In this document: positions 35,035 through 44,809 of the stretch, in pieces
How positions within the stretch are numbered: position 1 is the stretch's first letter
Layout of the letters: every line of letters starts with the position of its first letter
From: Verrucomicrobiales bacterium
Lineage (GTDB): Bacteria > Verrucomicrobiota > Verrucomicrobiia > Verrucomicrobiales > V1-33
Assembly: GCA_031411295.1 (NCBI GenBank)
Contig: JANOAV010000153.1
Location: forward strand, 1-44,809
DNA: 44,809 nt
Direction of reading: 5' to 3'
The notes under the pieces: generated by a model
The model's input: only the letters and a program-made list of their open reading frames with translations
Database searches by the model: none
Told to the model about the DNA's origin: nothing
Position numbers and translations under genes: made by a program

Positions 35035-38000
35035 ATGATCAACCCAGGACTACCCGTTAAACAAGGCTTGTATGACCCGCAATTTGAACACGACGCTTGC
35101 GGTGTCGGGTTCGTATGTCAGATGAAAGGGAAACGTTCTCACGAGATCATCGGTCAGGCGTTGACTATTTTGGTGAACCTCGACCACCGGGGTGCGGTGG
35201 GCGCAGAGACGAATACGGGCGACGGTGCGGGCATTCTGATGCAGGTGCCGCATGGTTTTCTCAAGAAGGCTGCGGCCAAGATAAATATTACGCTGCCAGA
35301 GCCGAATCACTACGGGGTGGGCATGATTTACAGTTCGCCCGATTCCTCGGAGAGGGCGGCTAGTCAGAAGCAATTTGAACAGATCGCGCAAGAAGAAGGC
35401 CTGACGGTGCTGGGCTGGCGGGATCTGCCGACGGACAATTCTGCGCTGGGAAATACCGCCAAGAAGAGCGAGCCATTCATGCGCCAAGTCTTCGTCCAAC
35501 GTCCAACCAGTTGCGCTGACGAACTGGCCTTCGAGCGCAAGCTCTGGGTGCTGCGCAAGCGTTCCCATGGGTCGATCCGCGCTGCGGGGATGGATAATTT
35601 CTGGTATGCCGCCAGCATGTCCTGCCGGACCATCATTTACAAGGGCATGTTGATGCCAGAGCAGGTGGGACATTATTTCACGGATCTCAGGGATCCCGAC
35701 ATGGACACCGCGCTGGCGCTGGTGCATTCCCGTTTCTCCACGAACACGTTCCCCAGCTGGGAGCGTTCCCACCCGTATCGTTACATTGCGCATAATGGGG
35801 AAATCAACACCCTACGGGGCAACGTAAACTGGATGAACGCCCGGGAACCGCTCCTGCAGAGCCCGTTCTTCGGTGAGGATCTCAAGAAAGTGTTCCCCAT
35901 CGTAAACGTGAACGGGTCTGATTCCGCGATGTTTGACAATGTCTTCGAGCTGCTAGTCATGGGCGGCCGGTCCCTGCCGCACGCCATGATGATGATGATT
36001 CCCGAGCCCTGGAGCGGCCATGAATCCATGAGCGATGAGAAGAAAGCATTTTACGAATACCACTCCTGCCTCATGGAGCCATGGGATGGCCCGGCTTCCG
36101 TGGCGTTTACGGATGGCACCATGATTGGCGCTACGCTGGATCGCAATGGTCTGCGTCCCAGCCGTTATTATGTCACGAAGGATGATTTCGTGATCATGGC
36201 TTCTGAAGCCGGCGTGCTGCCAATCGAGCCTGAGCGCGTGGCCATCAAGGGCCGTCTGCAACCGGGCCGCATGTTCATTGTGGACATGACGGAAGGCCGC
36301 ATCATTCCGGATGAGGAAATTAAGAGCAAGATCGCAGCGGAACAGCCTTACCGCGCTTGGTTGGATGAGAATCTCATCAAGCTGTCCGACATCACGGAAG
36401 CCAAGGAAGTGCCAGGCGTGGATCACGAAACGATTCAACAGCGGCAGCAGGCGTTTGGTTATACCTTCGAAGATCAACGAAAGATCCTTCTGCCAATGGC
36501 CAAGGATGGCGTGGAAGCCACGGGCTCCATGGGCACGGACATTCCGCTAGCGGTTCTCTCTAACAAGTCGAAGCTGCTCTACGATTATTTCAAACAACTC
36601 TTCGCGCAGGTTACCAATCCGCCGATCGACTGTATCCGTGAGGAGATCGTGACGTCGTCCGTGACGGCCATCGGGCCTGAGCGGAATCTGCTGAATCCTC
36701 AGCCAGAGAGCTGCAATCTCATCGAATTGAAGTCCCCAATCCTAACTAACGAGGAATTGGCGAAACTGAAGCACGTGGCCCAGGGCGAATTCCGCTCCGT
36801 GACCATTCAAACGTTGTTTGATCCCAAGCTGGGAGCCAAGGGACTGGAAGCTGCAATGGATGAAATTTGCAATCAAGCCAGTCTGCAAATCGATGCCGGC
36901 ATCAACATCATCGTGCTGAGTGACCGTGGCGTGGATAAGCACAACGCGGTGATTCCACCGCTGATGGCGGTTGCTGGCTTGCACCACTTCCTCATCAGGG
37001 CCGGTAAACGCACTCGCGTCGGTCTGGTGTTGGAGTCGGGTGAACCACGGGAAGTGCATCATTTCTGCACTCTCATCGGTTACGGCTGCGCAGCCATCAA
37101 TCCTTACCTAGCCTTCGAAACGATGGATGACATGATCCGTCAGGGCTTGCTCGTGGGAGTGGATCATTACACGGCTTGCAAGAACTTCGTGAAGGCTGCC
37201 ACCAAGGGTATCGTGAAAGTTGCTAGTAAGATCGGGATTTCCACCATCCAATCCTACCTCGGAGCACAGATCTTCGAATGTGTTGGTCTGCAACAAACGG
37301 TGGTGGACAAATATTTCACCGGCACCGCCACCCGCATCGAAGGCGCGGACCTCGAAGGCATTGCGGCCGACGTGCTCAGCCGTCACTATCATGCTTTCCC
37401 AGATCGTCAGGTTACCAGTCGCGCGTTGGAAGTCGGTGGCGACTATCAATGGCGTTCCGAAGGTGAAGCTCACCTCTTCAGTCCGCAAGTCATTCACAGC
37501 CTGCAGAAGGCTGTGCGCACGGGAAATTACACCACCTTCAAGACTTACTCTTCGCTGATAAATGACCAGATGAAACAGTTCTTCACGCTGCGTGGCTTGC
37601 TGCAGTTTAAGAAACGCACCTCTATTCCGATTGATGAAGTGGAGTCTGTTGATGCGATCCTGAAGCGCTTCAAAACGGGTGCCATGAGCTACGGTTCCAT
37701 TTCCAAGGAATCCCACGAAGCCCTCGCTATCGCGATGAACCGCATCGGCGGTAAATCCAACACCGGTGAAGGTGGCGAAGACCCGGAACGCTACACTTGG
37801 ACCAACGAAGCTGGCGATTCCAAGAACAGCGCCATCAAGCAAGTGGCATCCGGTCGATTCGGCGTGACCAGTCTTTACCTAACCCAGGCGAAGGAGCTGC
37901 AAATCAAGATGGCACAAGGCGCGAAGCCTGGCGAAGGCGGTCAGTTGCCCGGTGGTAAAGTGTATCCTTGGATCGCCAAGGTGCGTCACTCGACTCCTGG

Positions 38001-39621
38001 GGTCGGCCTCATTTCGCCACCACCGCACCACGATATTTATTCCATTGAGGATCTCTCCGAACTGATCCACGACTTGAAGAATGCCAACCGCGCAGCGCGT
38101 GTTAGTGTGAAACTCGTCAGTGAAGTCGGCGTGGGAACCATCGCCTCCGGTGTTGCCAAAGCCCACGCGGATGTGGTGCTCATTTCCGGCTTCGATGGCG
38201 GCACGGGAGCTTCCCCACAGACGTCCATCAAGCATGCCGGTCTGCCATGGGAACTCGGCCTGGCCGAAACGCACCAGACGCTGGTGCTGAACAATTTGCG
38301 CTCGCGCATTGCCGTGGAAACGGACGGCCAGTTGAAGACCGGCCGGGACGTGGTCATCGCAGCGTTGCTGGGTGCGGAGGAATTCGGCTTCGCCACGGCT
38401 CCGCTGGTTACGTTAGGCTGTATTATGATGCGCGTTTGCCATCTCAATACCTGCCCCGTCGGCGTGGCCACGCAGGATCCTCTGCTGCGGAAGAATTTCC
38501 AAGGCGATCCTGAGCACACGGTGAATTTCATGAAATTCATCGCACAGGAAGTCCGGGAAATCATGGCTGAGCTTGGTTTCAAGACCATCAATGAAATGGT
38601 GGGCCGCACGGATGCGCTGGAGGCCAAACACGCGGTGGATCACTACAAGGCCAAGGGGATCGATCTCTCCAAGCTGCTCTACTCGCCTAACGTGGGCCCT
38701 GAAGTCGGCCGTTATTGCACGCTGACGCAAGACCATGGGCTGGATAAATCACTCGACATCACCCACCTGTTAGATCTCTGCGAACCCGCCATTCAGCGTG
38801 GCGAGAAAGTGAAGGTGAACCTGCCGATCAAGAATACCAATCGCGTGGTTGGCACCATTCTGGGCAATGAGCTAACCAAGCGTCACTGGCATGGATTGCC
38901 GGATGACACGGTGCATCTGAAGTTCACCGGCAGCGCTGGTCAGAGCATCGGAGCGTTTGTGCCGAAGGGTGTCACCATCGAACTCGAAGGCGATGCCAAC
39001 GATTACGTCGGCAAGGGCCTCAGCGGCGGTAAAATCATCATTTACCCTGACGCGAAATCCACCTTCGTGGCGGAAGATAACATCATCATCGGCAACGTGG
39101 CGCTGTATGGCGCTACGACGGGTGAAGTTTACATCCGCGGCATGGCAGGCGAGCGATTCGCAGTGCGGAACTCGGGCGTCATCACGGTAGTCGAAGGCGT
39201 GGGCGACCACGGCTGCGAATACATGACCGGCGGCAAAGTGGTCGTGCTGGGTGAAACGGGACGCAATTTCGCAGCCGGCATGAGCGGTGGCGTGGCTTAC
39301 ATTCTCGATGAGAAGGGCGACTTTGCTCTGCGGTGCAATCCACAGATGGTGGCGCTGGAGAAACTGGAGTCCGACGAAGCCGAAGAACTCCGCCAGTTAG
39401 TGAAAAAGCACGCGGACTACACCAAGAGCCAGAAGGCATTCAAGGTGCTGGCCCTGTGGGACGAAATGGTGCCGAAGTTCGTCAAGGTCATGCCGAAGGA
39501 CTACAAGCGCGTGCTCCAAGCCATCAGCAAAGCCGAAGCAGACGGTCTCTCCGGAGACGACGCCCTGAACGCAGCCTTCGAGGCCAACGCCAAGGACGTC
39601 GCCCGCATCGGCGGCGGCTAG
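35035..39621 (+). CDS. gltB: Glutamate synthase large subunit
   Basis: [70 protein letters not shown] domain; 1528 aa. Confidence 0.98.
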   Translation: MINPGLPVKQGLYDPQFEHDACGVGFVCQMKGKRSHEIIGQALTILVNLDHRGAVGAETNTGDGAGILMQVPHGFLKKAAAKINITLPEPNHYGVGMIYSSPDSSERAASQKQFEQIAQEEGLTVLGWRDLPTDNSALGNTAKKSEPFMRQVFVQRPTSCADELAFERKLWVLRKRSHGSIRAAGMDNFWYAASMSCRTIIYKGMLMPEQVGHYFTDLRDPDMDTALALVHSRFSTNTFPSWERSHPYRYIAHNGEINTLRGNVNWMNAREPLLQSPFFGEDLKKVFPIVNVNGSDSAMFDNVFELLVMGGRSLPHAMMMMIPEPWSGHESMSDEKKAFYEYHSCLMEPWDGPASVAFTDGTMIGATLDRNGLRPSRYYVTKDDFVIMASEAGVLPIEPERVAIKGRLQPGRMFIVDMTEGRIIPDEEIKSKIAAEQPYRAWLDENLIKLSDITEAKEVPGVDHETIQQRQQAFGYTFEDQRKILLPMAKDGVEATGSMGTDIPLAVLSNKSKLLYDYFKQLFAQVTNPPIDCIREEIVTSSVTAIGPERNLLNPQPESCNLIELKSPILTNEELAKLKHVAQGEFRSVTIQTLFDPKLGAKGLEAAMDEICNQASLQIDAGINIIVLSDRGVDKHNAVIPPLMAVAGLHHFLIRAGKRTRVGLVLESGEPREVHHFCTLIGYGCAAINPYLAFETMDDMIRQGLLVGVDHYTACKNFVKAATKGIVKVASKIGISTIQSYLGAQIFECVGLQQTVVDKYFTGTATRIEGADLEGIAADVLSRHYHAFPDRQVTSRALEVGGDYQWRSEGEAHLFSPQVIHSLQKAVRTGNYTTFKTYSSLINDQMKQFFTLRGLLQFKKRTSIPIDEVESVDAILKRFKTGAMSYGSISKESHEALAIAMNRIGGKSNTGEGGEDPERYTWTNEAGDSKNSAIKQVASGRFGVTSLYLTQAKELQIKMAQGAKPGEGGQLPGGKVYPWIAKVRHSTPGVGLISPPPHHDIYSIEDLSELIHDLKNANRAARVSVKLVSEVGVGTIASGVAKAHADVVLISGFDGGTGASPQTSIKHAGLPWELGLAETHQTLVLNNLRSRIAVETDGQLKTGRDVVIAALLGAEEFGFATAPLVTLGCIMMRVCHLNTCPVGVATQDPLLRKNFQGDPEHTVNFMKFIAQEVREIMAELGFKTINEMVGRTDALEAKHAVDHYKAKGIDLSKLLYSPNVGPEVGRYCTLTQDHGLDKSLDITHLLDLCEPAIQRGEKVKVNLPIKNTNRVVGTILGNELTKRHWHGLPDDTVHLKFTGSAGQSIGAFVPKGVTIELEGDANDYVGKGLSGGKIIIYPDAKSTFVAEDNIIIGNVALYGATTGEVYIRGMAGERFAVRNSGVITVVEGVGDHGCEYMTGGKVVVLGETGRNFAAGMSGGVAYILDEKGDFALRCNPQMVALEKLESDEAEELRQLVKKHADYTKSQKAFKVLALWDEMVPKFVKVMPKDYKRVLQAISKAEADGLSGDDALNAAFEANAKDVARIGGG

Positions 39622-39713
39622 CCCACGAGCGCTTTTACGCCCATAGAAACAATAGAATCTCTCCGAAAATCTCCGTCCTTGGCAACCTGCCCGGGATGTG
39701 ATATACTCGTCGC

Positions 39714-39992
39714 ATGATTACCACATACATCCAAGCTGCCATTGAACTAGCCGAATTCGAGCTAATGGAAAACGGACGGTATTTTGCCACAATACCTCCT
39801 TGCCAAGGTTTCTGGGCAGAGGGAGCCACCGTGGAAGAATGCAAGGCTGCGATGCCCAGTATTTTGGAGTCATGGCTGTTGATTGGACTGGAATACCACC
39901 AGGAAATTCCAATCATTGCTGGCATTGACCTCAATCCTCATCTAATCAATGCCGAAGCCTATTGGCAGGCGGGAAATGATTCGTCGGCTTAG
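39714..39992 (+). CDS. hicB: HicB-family antitoxin (short form)
   Basis: MITTYIQAA...YFATIPPCQGFWAEGATVEEC...LESWL...IPIIAGIDL. Confidence 0.85.
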   Translation: MITTYIQAAIELAEFELMENGRYFATIPPCQGFWAEGATVEECKAAMPSILESWLLIGLEYHQEIPIIAGIDLNPHLINAEAYWQAGNDSSA

Positions 39993-40167
39993 AATGCTCG
40001 GATGAGAAGGCCCCGTGGCAAGCGGACCTCACATGGGTATGGTCAATTCCCAAGGCCGCCGCATCCCTATCCCAAATCCTCACGGTGGCGACATCGACTG
40101 GTCCCTCACGAAGCGCATCTTAAAGCTAGCAGGCATCGATCCCAAAGAATGGGAAACCCTCGCCTAA
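39949..40167 (+). pseudogene. hicA: HicA-family toxin with in-frame stop
   Basis: MPKPIGRREMIRRLRMLG*EGPVASGPHMGMV...IPIPNPHGGDIDWSLTKRILKLAGIDPKEWETLA*; TGA at 40003-40005. Not in the ORF track. Confidence 0.85.
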
Positions 40168-40217
40168 TCCTCACGAACTAAGACCATTTCCATTTAGAAA
40201 TGGGTATTTACCGAGGA

Positions 40218-40238
40218 GTCGGAGCCGCTGGCTCCGAC
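40218..40238. terminator. Hairpin between convergent hicA and Uma2 genes
   Basis: GTCGGAGCC-GCT-GGCTCCGAC, perfect 9-bp stem; no U-tract. Confidence 0.3.
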
Positions 40239-40289
40239 GACGATGCACGCTGCAATCTCGGGTGAGGCAGGCTGGATAGCATCAAGCAG

Positions 40290-40885
40290 TCAAAGCCCGT
40301 CCATTTCTTCGTCTGGCTCCGCACCCAACTCAACACCTTCATAAATTTCGGTGAAAGAAATGCTAAAACCCAGTTCTGGCAGGTCCAAAGAGGCGTCCGC
40401 TCCGTCTTGCACCTCCGCCTGAAATCCCTGATCTCCCCGCCGCCAGATGGTCAGCCGCTGGCACTCCTGATCTACCAATACATAGGCCTGGAGGCTGGGG
40501 AGTTGAAAATACGCCTCCCGTTTCTCCCCTTCATCCAGCCGACGAGTCGAACGAGACAGCACCTCCACAATCACCACCGGAGCCTCCTGATAAGATAGCT
40601 GATCATTGCTAGGGCGGCACACCACCATGGCATCCGGATAGTAGAATCGGGTGTGGGTGGGGAAAATGACCTGAACCTTGGTGTCCGAGTTAAACGGTCG
40701 GCAAGATTTTCCACGCAGTCGGCTGTGCAGTGTCGCGAAAATGTTCCCAGCGATGGTGTTATGGCGGTTGCTAGCGCCAGCAATGGCATAGACAACTCCC
40801 CTATATACTCGTGTTTCCCTGGTGAAATGAGTTCCCCGGCTAGGTAATCTGAGATGGTGATGATGTCGGGTTTTAAGGCACCCAT
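40290..40885 (-). pseudogene. Uma2-family endonuclease with frameshift
   Basis: MGALKPDIITISDYLAGELISPGKHEYIG continues in another frame as GVVYAIAGASNRHN...YYPDAMVVC...VEVLSRSTRRLDEGEKREAY; the shift is at a G-run at 40798-40801. Confidence 0.85.
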
Positions 40886-41431
40886 GACGCGATGCTATAC
40901 CGCCATTAGCAGAATTGCCAAGGAAATTTAACTCAAGCCACTCAACGCGCCACGCCACGCCACGCCTGCAGCAGGAACAAGGCAGGGGATTGTATTTCCT
41001 GCTTGGCCTGGTGAGGGGAATCCGTGCTGCCGTGGCTGTTTGAGGAATCCTGAGAACCATCACATTCTGGAGCGGAGAAAAGCTGCGTTGCTATGGCGGG
41101 CGGGATTATGAAAGCAAGGCGAAGGCCGACTTGGCTGCTCGGGCCGACCGGGCTATTCTTTTTCGTTTCGGCCTGGTATGTGGTTGCAATGGCTCGCGGC
41201 GGGTTGCCAGCCGATGAGATCGCTGTCGGATTGGAGTTGCCAGGCGATGTCGTCGGCATCTCCTGCCGGCGCGATGCGGGAAAGTGCTCATGTTTCATGA
41301 AGTGCAAAGGTAGAGGGCGAGGTTACGAGACCAGCGCCAAGCTTGGTGGAATCTGCGTTGCGTGGCGCAGGTCTCCTCCCTCCATAGCGGAACTTTTTCC
41401 CGGAAGCTTATGAAAAAATCACCCTGCTTAA

Positions 41432-41569
41432 GTGTGTATCAAGACTGGCCCGTCTTGCCTGTATGCGCTGTGGCTGAAGTGCGGTGTCTCGCGGGATACC
41501 ATCAACCGCATCGAAGGCGGGGAAACCATCCCTGGTTTGCATGTGCTGGCACGAGTTCATTGCGAGTGA
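41432..41569 (+). pseudogene. XRE-family HTH regulator fragment
   Basis: Reads LYALWLKCGVSRDTINRIEGGETIPGLHVLARVHCE*, an HTH_3-like pattern. Confidence 0.55.
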
Positions 41570-41573
41570 TCCA

Positions 41574-41735
41574 TCAACCCAAAGTCCAGCCGCCTTTGAT
41601 CTTCGCCTCATCGTTGCCATGAGAAGCGAGACACTTCTCATGAAAGAGCGGCACGATGCGACGCACAAAAAGTTGCTCAGACGGCTCATCCGCCAAGACC
41701 GAAGGCACAACGACCCCAAGCACGGAAATTAAAAA
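41574..41735 (-). pseudogene. Fragment of planctomycete-type cytochrome c domain gene
   Basis: LFVRRIVPLFHEKCLASHGNDEAKIKGG(LD): CxxCH degenerate to CLASH, followed by a frameshift and truncation. Confidence 0.7.
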
Positions 41736-42068
41736 CCAATCCACGCCGAGACAGGCGAGGTTCCACAGAGGCGGGCAGGGTTGAGTGAGTTGCATCACTC
41801 TATTTCCCACCAACGGAGCTAAGAGTGCCAAAAAAATCGCGTAAACCATCCGATGGCGCTGGGCAAAGAAACTCCAGGGGCGATGGGTTTGAGCAACGTC
41901 CACCTTGGCTTGTGAGAGCAGCAGCAACCGGAAATCCATCGCCAGGATCAAAGGCTGATTCATCTGCCCGACGATGGTCGAGCCACCGGACTACAAACCT
42001 AACGCGCGACAGTTGGTTGAACTCGGTGCTGCGATTCGGAACGGAGCCCGGAGCGCTGACGAGCGCAG

Positions 42069-42809
42069 CTACCCCTGATGACGCATCCGAAACTGCTTCG
42101 GCGTCAGGCCGATGCGTTTGCGGAAGTGCTGGGTGAAGGCGCTTTGGTCGCAGAAGGCGTGGGCTTGGGCGATGTCGATGACTTTGTCGGTGGTTTGAAT
42201 GAGCGCTTCGGCGGCGGACTCGATGCGGATGCGCAGCATGAGTTCATAGTGCGTGACGCCGAGGGCTTGGTGGATCTTGCGATACAGCGTGCGCTCGGAG
42301 AGGCCGCATTCGCGGGCGAGTTCGACGGTGCTGAGGATGCGGCTGGTGTTCTTCTGGATGTGGCTGACGATGAGGGTGACTTCGCTGCTGGGCTGATGAC
42401 GGCTGCGGCCTTCATCGCGGCGAGTGAGGCCCATGAGGCCGATGATCTTGCCGTTCTTGCCACGCAGGGGAACCTTGGTGGTGAGAAACCAAGTCAGCGT
42501 GCGCTGCTCGTCATACCAGACTTCGAGGCGATTGATCAACGGTTTGCCAGTGCGGAAAACGAGTGCGTCATCGGCACGGTAAGACTTGGCGGCTTGATCG
42601 GGGTAGAAGTCTTCGTCGAGTCGGCCAATGACATCGGCTTCACGTTCGAGGCCCAGGCGGGTCCACATCGGCTCGCTGGCAGCGATGAGGCGGCTCTCAA
42701 GATCCTTCACAAAGAAGAACACGTTGGGCTGCTGATCAAACATGAGCCGGAATGCCTGCGGATCGGTCATGCTGGCAAAAAAGGCGCTTTGGAGTGATTT
42801 GGGTGACAT
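42069..42809 (-). CDS. AraC-family regulator with N-terminal PAS domain
   Basis: VFFFVKDLESR, WFLTTKVPLRGKNGKIIGLMG, and HTH ending FCDQSAFTQHFRKRIGLTPKQFR. Confidence 0.92.
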   Translation of the reverse strand: MSPKSLQSAFFASMTDPQAFRLMFDQQPNVFFFVKDLESRLIAASEPMWTRLGLEREADVIGRLDEDFYPDQAAKSYRADDALVFRTGKPLINRLEVWYDEQRTLTWFLTTKVPLRGKNGKIIGLMGLTRRDEGRSRHQPSSEVTLIVSHIQKNTSRILSTVELARECGLSERTLYRKIHQALGVTHYELMLRIRIESAAEALIQTTDKVIDIAQAHAFCDQSAFTQHFRKRIGLTPKQFRMRHQG

Positions 42810-42880
42810 GGCAGGAAGATAGCAACTTTTGGCAGAACTAGGCCATGTATTTCCGAAAGGAAAGGCGTTTTACTATCTGC

Positions 42881-43375
42881 ATGAAATACCGCCATTTATT
42901 CTCCTTCCTCACTCTATGCCTTCTCGCCTGCACGGTGGCCTCGGCTCACAATACGGTGCTCACGCTGCGTCAGAATGATGCAACGAACACGATCTCGGTG
43001 TATCGCGAGAATGACAAGGAGGCAATCCTCACGCAGAATGCGCGGCCGGATTTTCGGCCTTACCTTCATCCGATTGTGGCACCAGATGGGAAGGGCTTTC
43101 TGACGGAATCTAGCCCAGAACATCAAAAGCATCAGACCGGGCTCTATTGGGGGCTGAAGCAGGTGAATGGGCGCGACTATTTTCACAATCCAGGCGCCGG
43201 CGTCACTTTCACAGTCGAATCCAGCGACACCCTCGCCACCAATTCATGGTCCGCCAGCGGCGTCACGGAGACCATCCTCACCGACGACGGCACGGTGCAA
43301 ACGGTGAAGGCCAGCATTCCGAGTGACAGCACCATTCTCCGCCGCTATATGCACCTGAAAGTCACCGCACCATAA
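42881..43375 (+). pseudogene. Chimeric remnant: N-terminus of PmoA-like/DUF6807 exported protein joined to a verrucomicrobial C-terminal domain
   Basis: Signal peptide, RPYLHPIVAPDG...H.HQTGLYWG..VNG.DYFHNPG, then abruptly GVTFTVESSDTL...W...RRYMHLKVTAP. Confidence 0.55.
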
Positions 43376-43376
43376 A

Positions 43377-44809
43377 ATGAATCCGAAACCATCACTGATA
43401 CTGCTGACCGCGCTGCTCCTGCTCGCTGCCTTTCGCGTTGAGGCGGCGAACGGGCTGACGGGCCGCTATTTCGACGAATACGATTTCACCTCGCAGGTGA
43501 CCTCGCGCACGGATACGACGGTGGATTTTGACTGGGGGACGACGATTCCGGCGGGCACGGCGTTGACGAGCGGGGACTATTTCTCGGTGCGGTGGACAGG
43601 GCAGATTGAGCCGCAGTTCTCGGAGACTTACACGTTCTACGTCGCGGCGGATAATGGGTCGCGATTGTGGATTGATGACAAGCTCATCGCGGCGCGGGCG
43701 GAATACGTCTCCGGCGGGCTGAACATGCGAGGCACGGCAAAGTTGACCGCGGGGCGCAGGGTGAACATCCGGCTGGAGATGATGGAGGGGTCGGGCAACG
43801 CGGTGGCCAAGCTGGAGTGGTCCAGCCCGAGCGTGGCGCGGCAGGTGATTCCGCAGTCGCGGCTGTTCACGGACGAAGTGAATGCGGAGACGGGCGCTCT
43901 GATGAAGGAGGTTTGGGATGGCGTGGCGGGCACTGCCATCAGCCAGTTGACCGGTCACGCGAACTATCCGAACCGTCCGCTGGCCCGCGATTTCATCCCG
44001 AGCTTCGAGTCGTTTCACCCGAACTGGACAGACACTTTTGGCACCCGCGTCACGGGCTTCATCGTGCCGCAGGTGAGCGGGAGCTACAGTTTCGCGGTGG
44101 CGGGCGATGACATCGTGGAACTGTATCTCAGCACGGGCGCTTCGGAGGGGAACAAGGCGCTCATCGCGTCGGTGCCGTCGTGGACGGCGTTTCGCGAGTG
44201 GACGAAATTTCCCGCGCAAGTGTCCACGACGCGGACGCTCACGGCGGGGCAGAAGTATTTCGTCGAGCTGCTGCATGTGGAGGCCGCGGGCAGCGACCAT
44301 TTTTCCGTCGCGTGGAAGACGCCGGGCAGCGCGACGTGGGAGGTGATTGGCGGCGACTACATTGTGCAGGCGGGCATTGACCGGCCGCAGCCGGCGGAGT
44401 CGTCATTGCTGGATACGCTGGCCACGGGACATCCGCGGGTGCTGGCGACGCAGGAGCGGTTCGACTGGCTGAAGGCGCAAATCCTCGCGAACCCATCGGG
44501 CGATCAGGCGAACTGGTATAACACGCTGCTCGCCCAAGCGAATGCCATGCTCACCCAGCCGGTGAATGTTTACGATGCGGACGACAATCTCGCCGTGAGC
44601 CGCTCGGTCTTGGACCGCATGTATACGCTGGCGCTGGTGTGGCAGATTTCCGGCAACAGCCAATACGCCGAGCGGGCGTGGGAGGAACTCGATGCGGCGC
44701 GGAATTTCTCGAGCTGGCAGCCGTCGAAATTTCTCTGCGTGGCGGAAATGACGCACGCCTTCGCCATCGGCATGGACTGGTTTTACCACTACTGGTCGGC
44801 CTCGCGGCT
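43377..44809 (+). CDS. Large secreted protein with two PA14 domains and a heparinase II/III-like lyase N-terminal domain (runs off window)
   Basis: MNPKPSLILLTALLLLAAFRVEAANGLTGRYF...VDFDWG...FSVRWTGQIEPQFSETYTFYVAADNGSRLWID; second PA14 (FGTRVTGFIVPQVSGSYSFAVAGDD); then HPRVL...YAERAWEEL...FLCVAEMTHAFAIGMDW. Not in the ORF track because it has no stop. Confidence 0.85.
   Translation, partial: MNPKPSLILLTALLLLAAFRVEAANGLTGRYFDEYDFTSQVTSRTDTTVDFDWGTTIPAGTALTSGDYFSVRWTGQIEPQFSETYTFYVAADNGSRLWIDDKLIAARAEYVSGGLNMRGTAKLTAGRRVNIRLEMMEGSGNAVAKLEWSSPSVARQVIPQSRLFTDEVNAETGALMKEVWDGVAGTAISQLTGHANYPNRPLARDFIPSFESFHPNWTDTFGTRVTGFIVPQVSGSYSFAVAGDDIVELYLSTGASEGNKALIASVPSWTAFREWTKFPAQVSTTRTLTAGQKYFVELLHVEAAGSDHFSVAWKTPGSATWEVIGGDYIVQAGIDRPQPAESSLLDTLATGHPRVLATQERFDWLKAQILANPSGDQANWYNTLLAQANAMLTQPVNVYDADDNLAVSRSVLDRMYTLALVWQISGNSQYAERAWEELDAARNFSSWQPSKFLCVAEMTHAFAIGMDWFYHYWSASR

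Noticed and set aside
35050..39439. Many antisense and alternate-frame ORFs over gltB and other long genes
   Set aside because: Shadow ORFs expected from high GC and codon bias; no recognisable motifs.
40886..41063. N-terminal part of the 257-aa ORF call for Uma2
   Set aside because: The true N-terminus is in another frame starting at 40885; the extension is an artefact of the frameshift.
43392..44789. Minus-strand ORFs of 302 aa and shorter at the right end
   Set aside because: Antisense shadows of the real + strand PA14 gene starting at 43377.

Overview
GC-rich bacterial DNA, probably Verrucomicrobia/PVC (PEP-CTERM-like protein, BatD/BatE, PAS-AraC regulator, PA14 protein). Positions 1-13.5 kb hold a minus-strand type III-B (Cmr) CRISPR locus: cas10/cmr2-cmr3-cmr4-cmr5-cmr6-cmr1, leader, 14-repeat array, an uncharacterised membrane/coiled-coil gene, a stand-alone group II intron-like reverse transcriptase, cas1, cas2, a second near-identical leader, and a second array cut by an IS630-family element at the window edge. 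Oddities: the RT has YADN instead of YADD, Cas10 has GADD instead of GGDD and no HD domain, no cas6 or CARF/SAVED effector is visible, and the same GCGGAT-N4-GCGGAT direct repeat precedes both the cas10 operon and the membrane gene-RT-cas1-cas2 operon. The rest contains redox/stress genes, bat genes, a class A PBP with a degenerate transpeptidase site, galE, a GxxExxY nuclease cassette with inverted repeats plus an internally deleted tandem copy, gltB without adjacent gltD, several pseudogenes, and a PA14/lyase-like gene running off the right end. All assignments are by motif recognition only; no searches were run.
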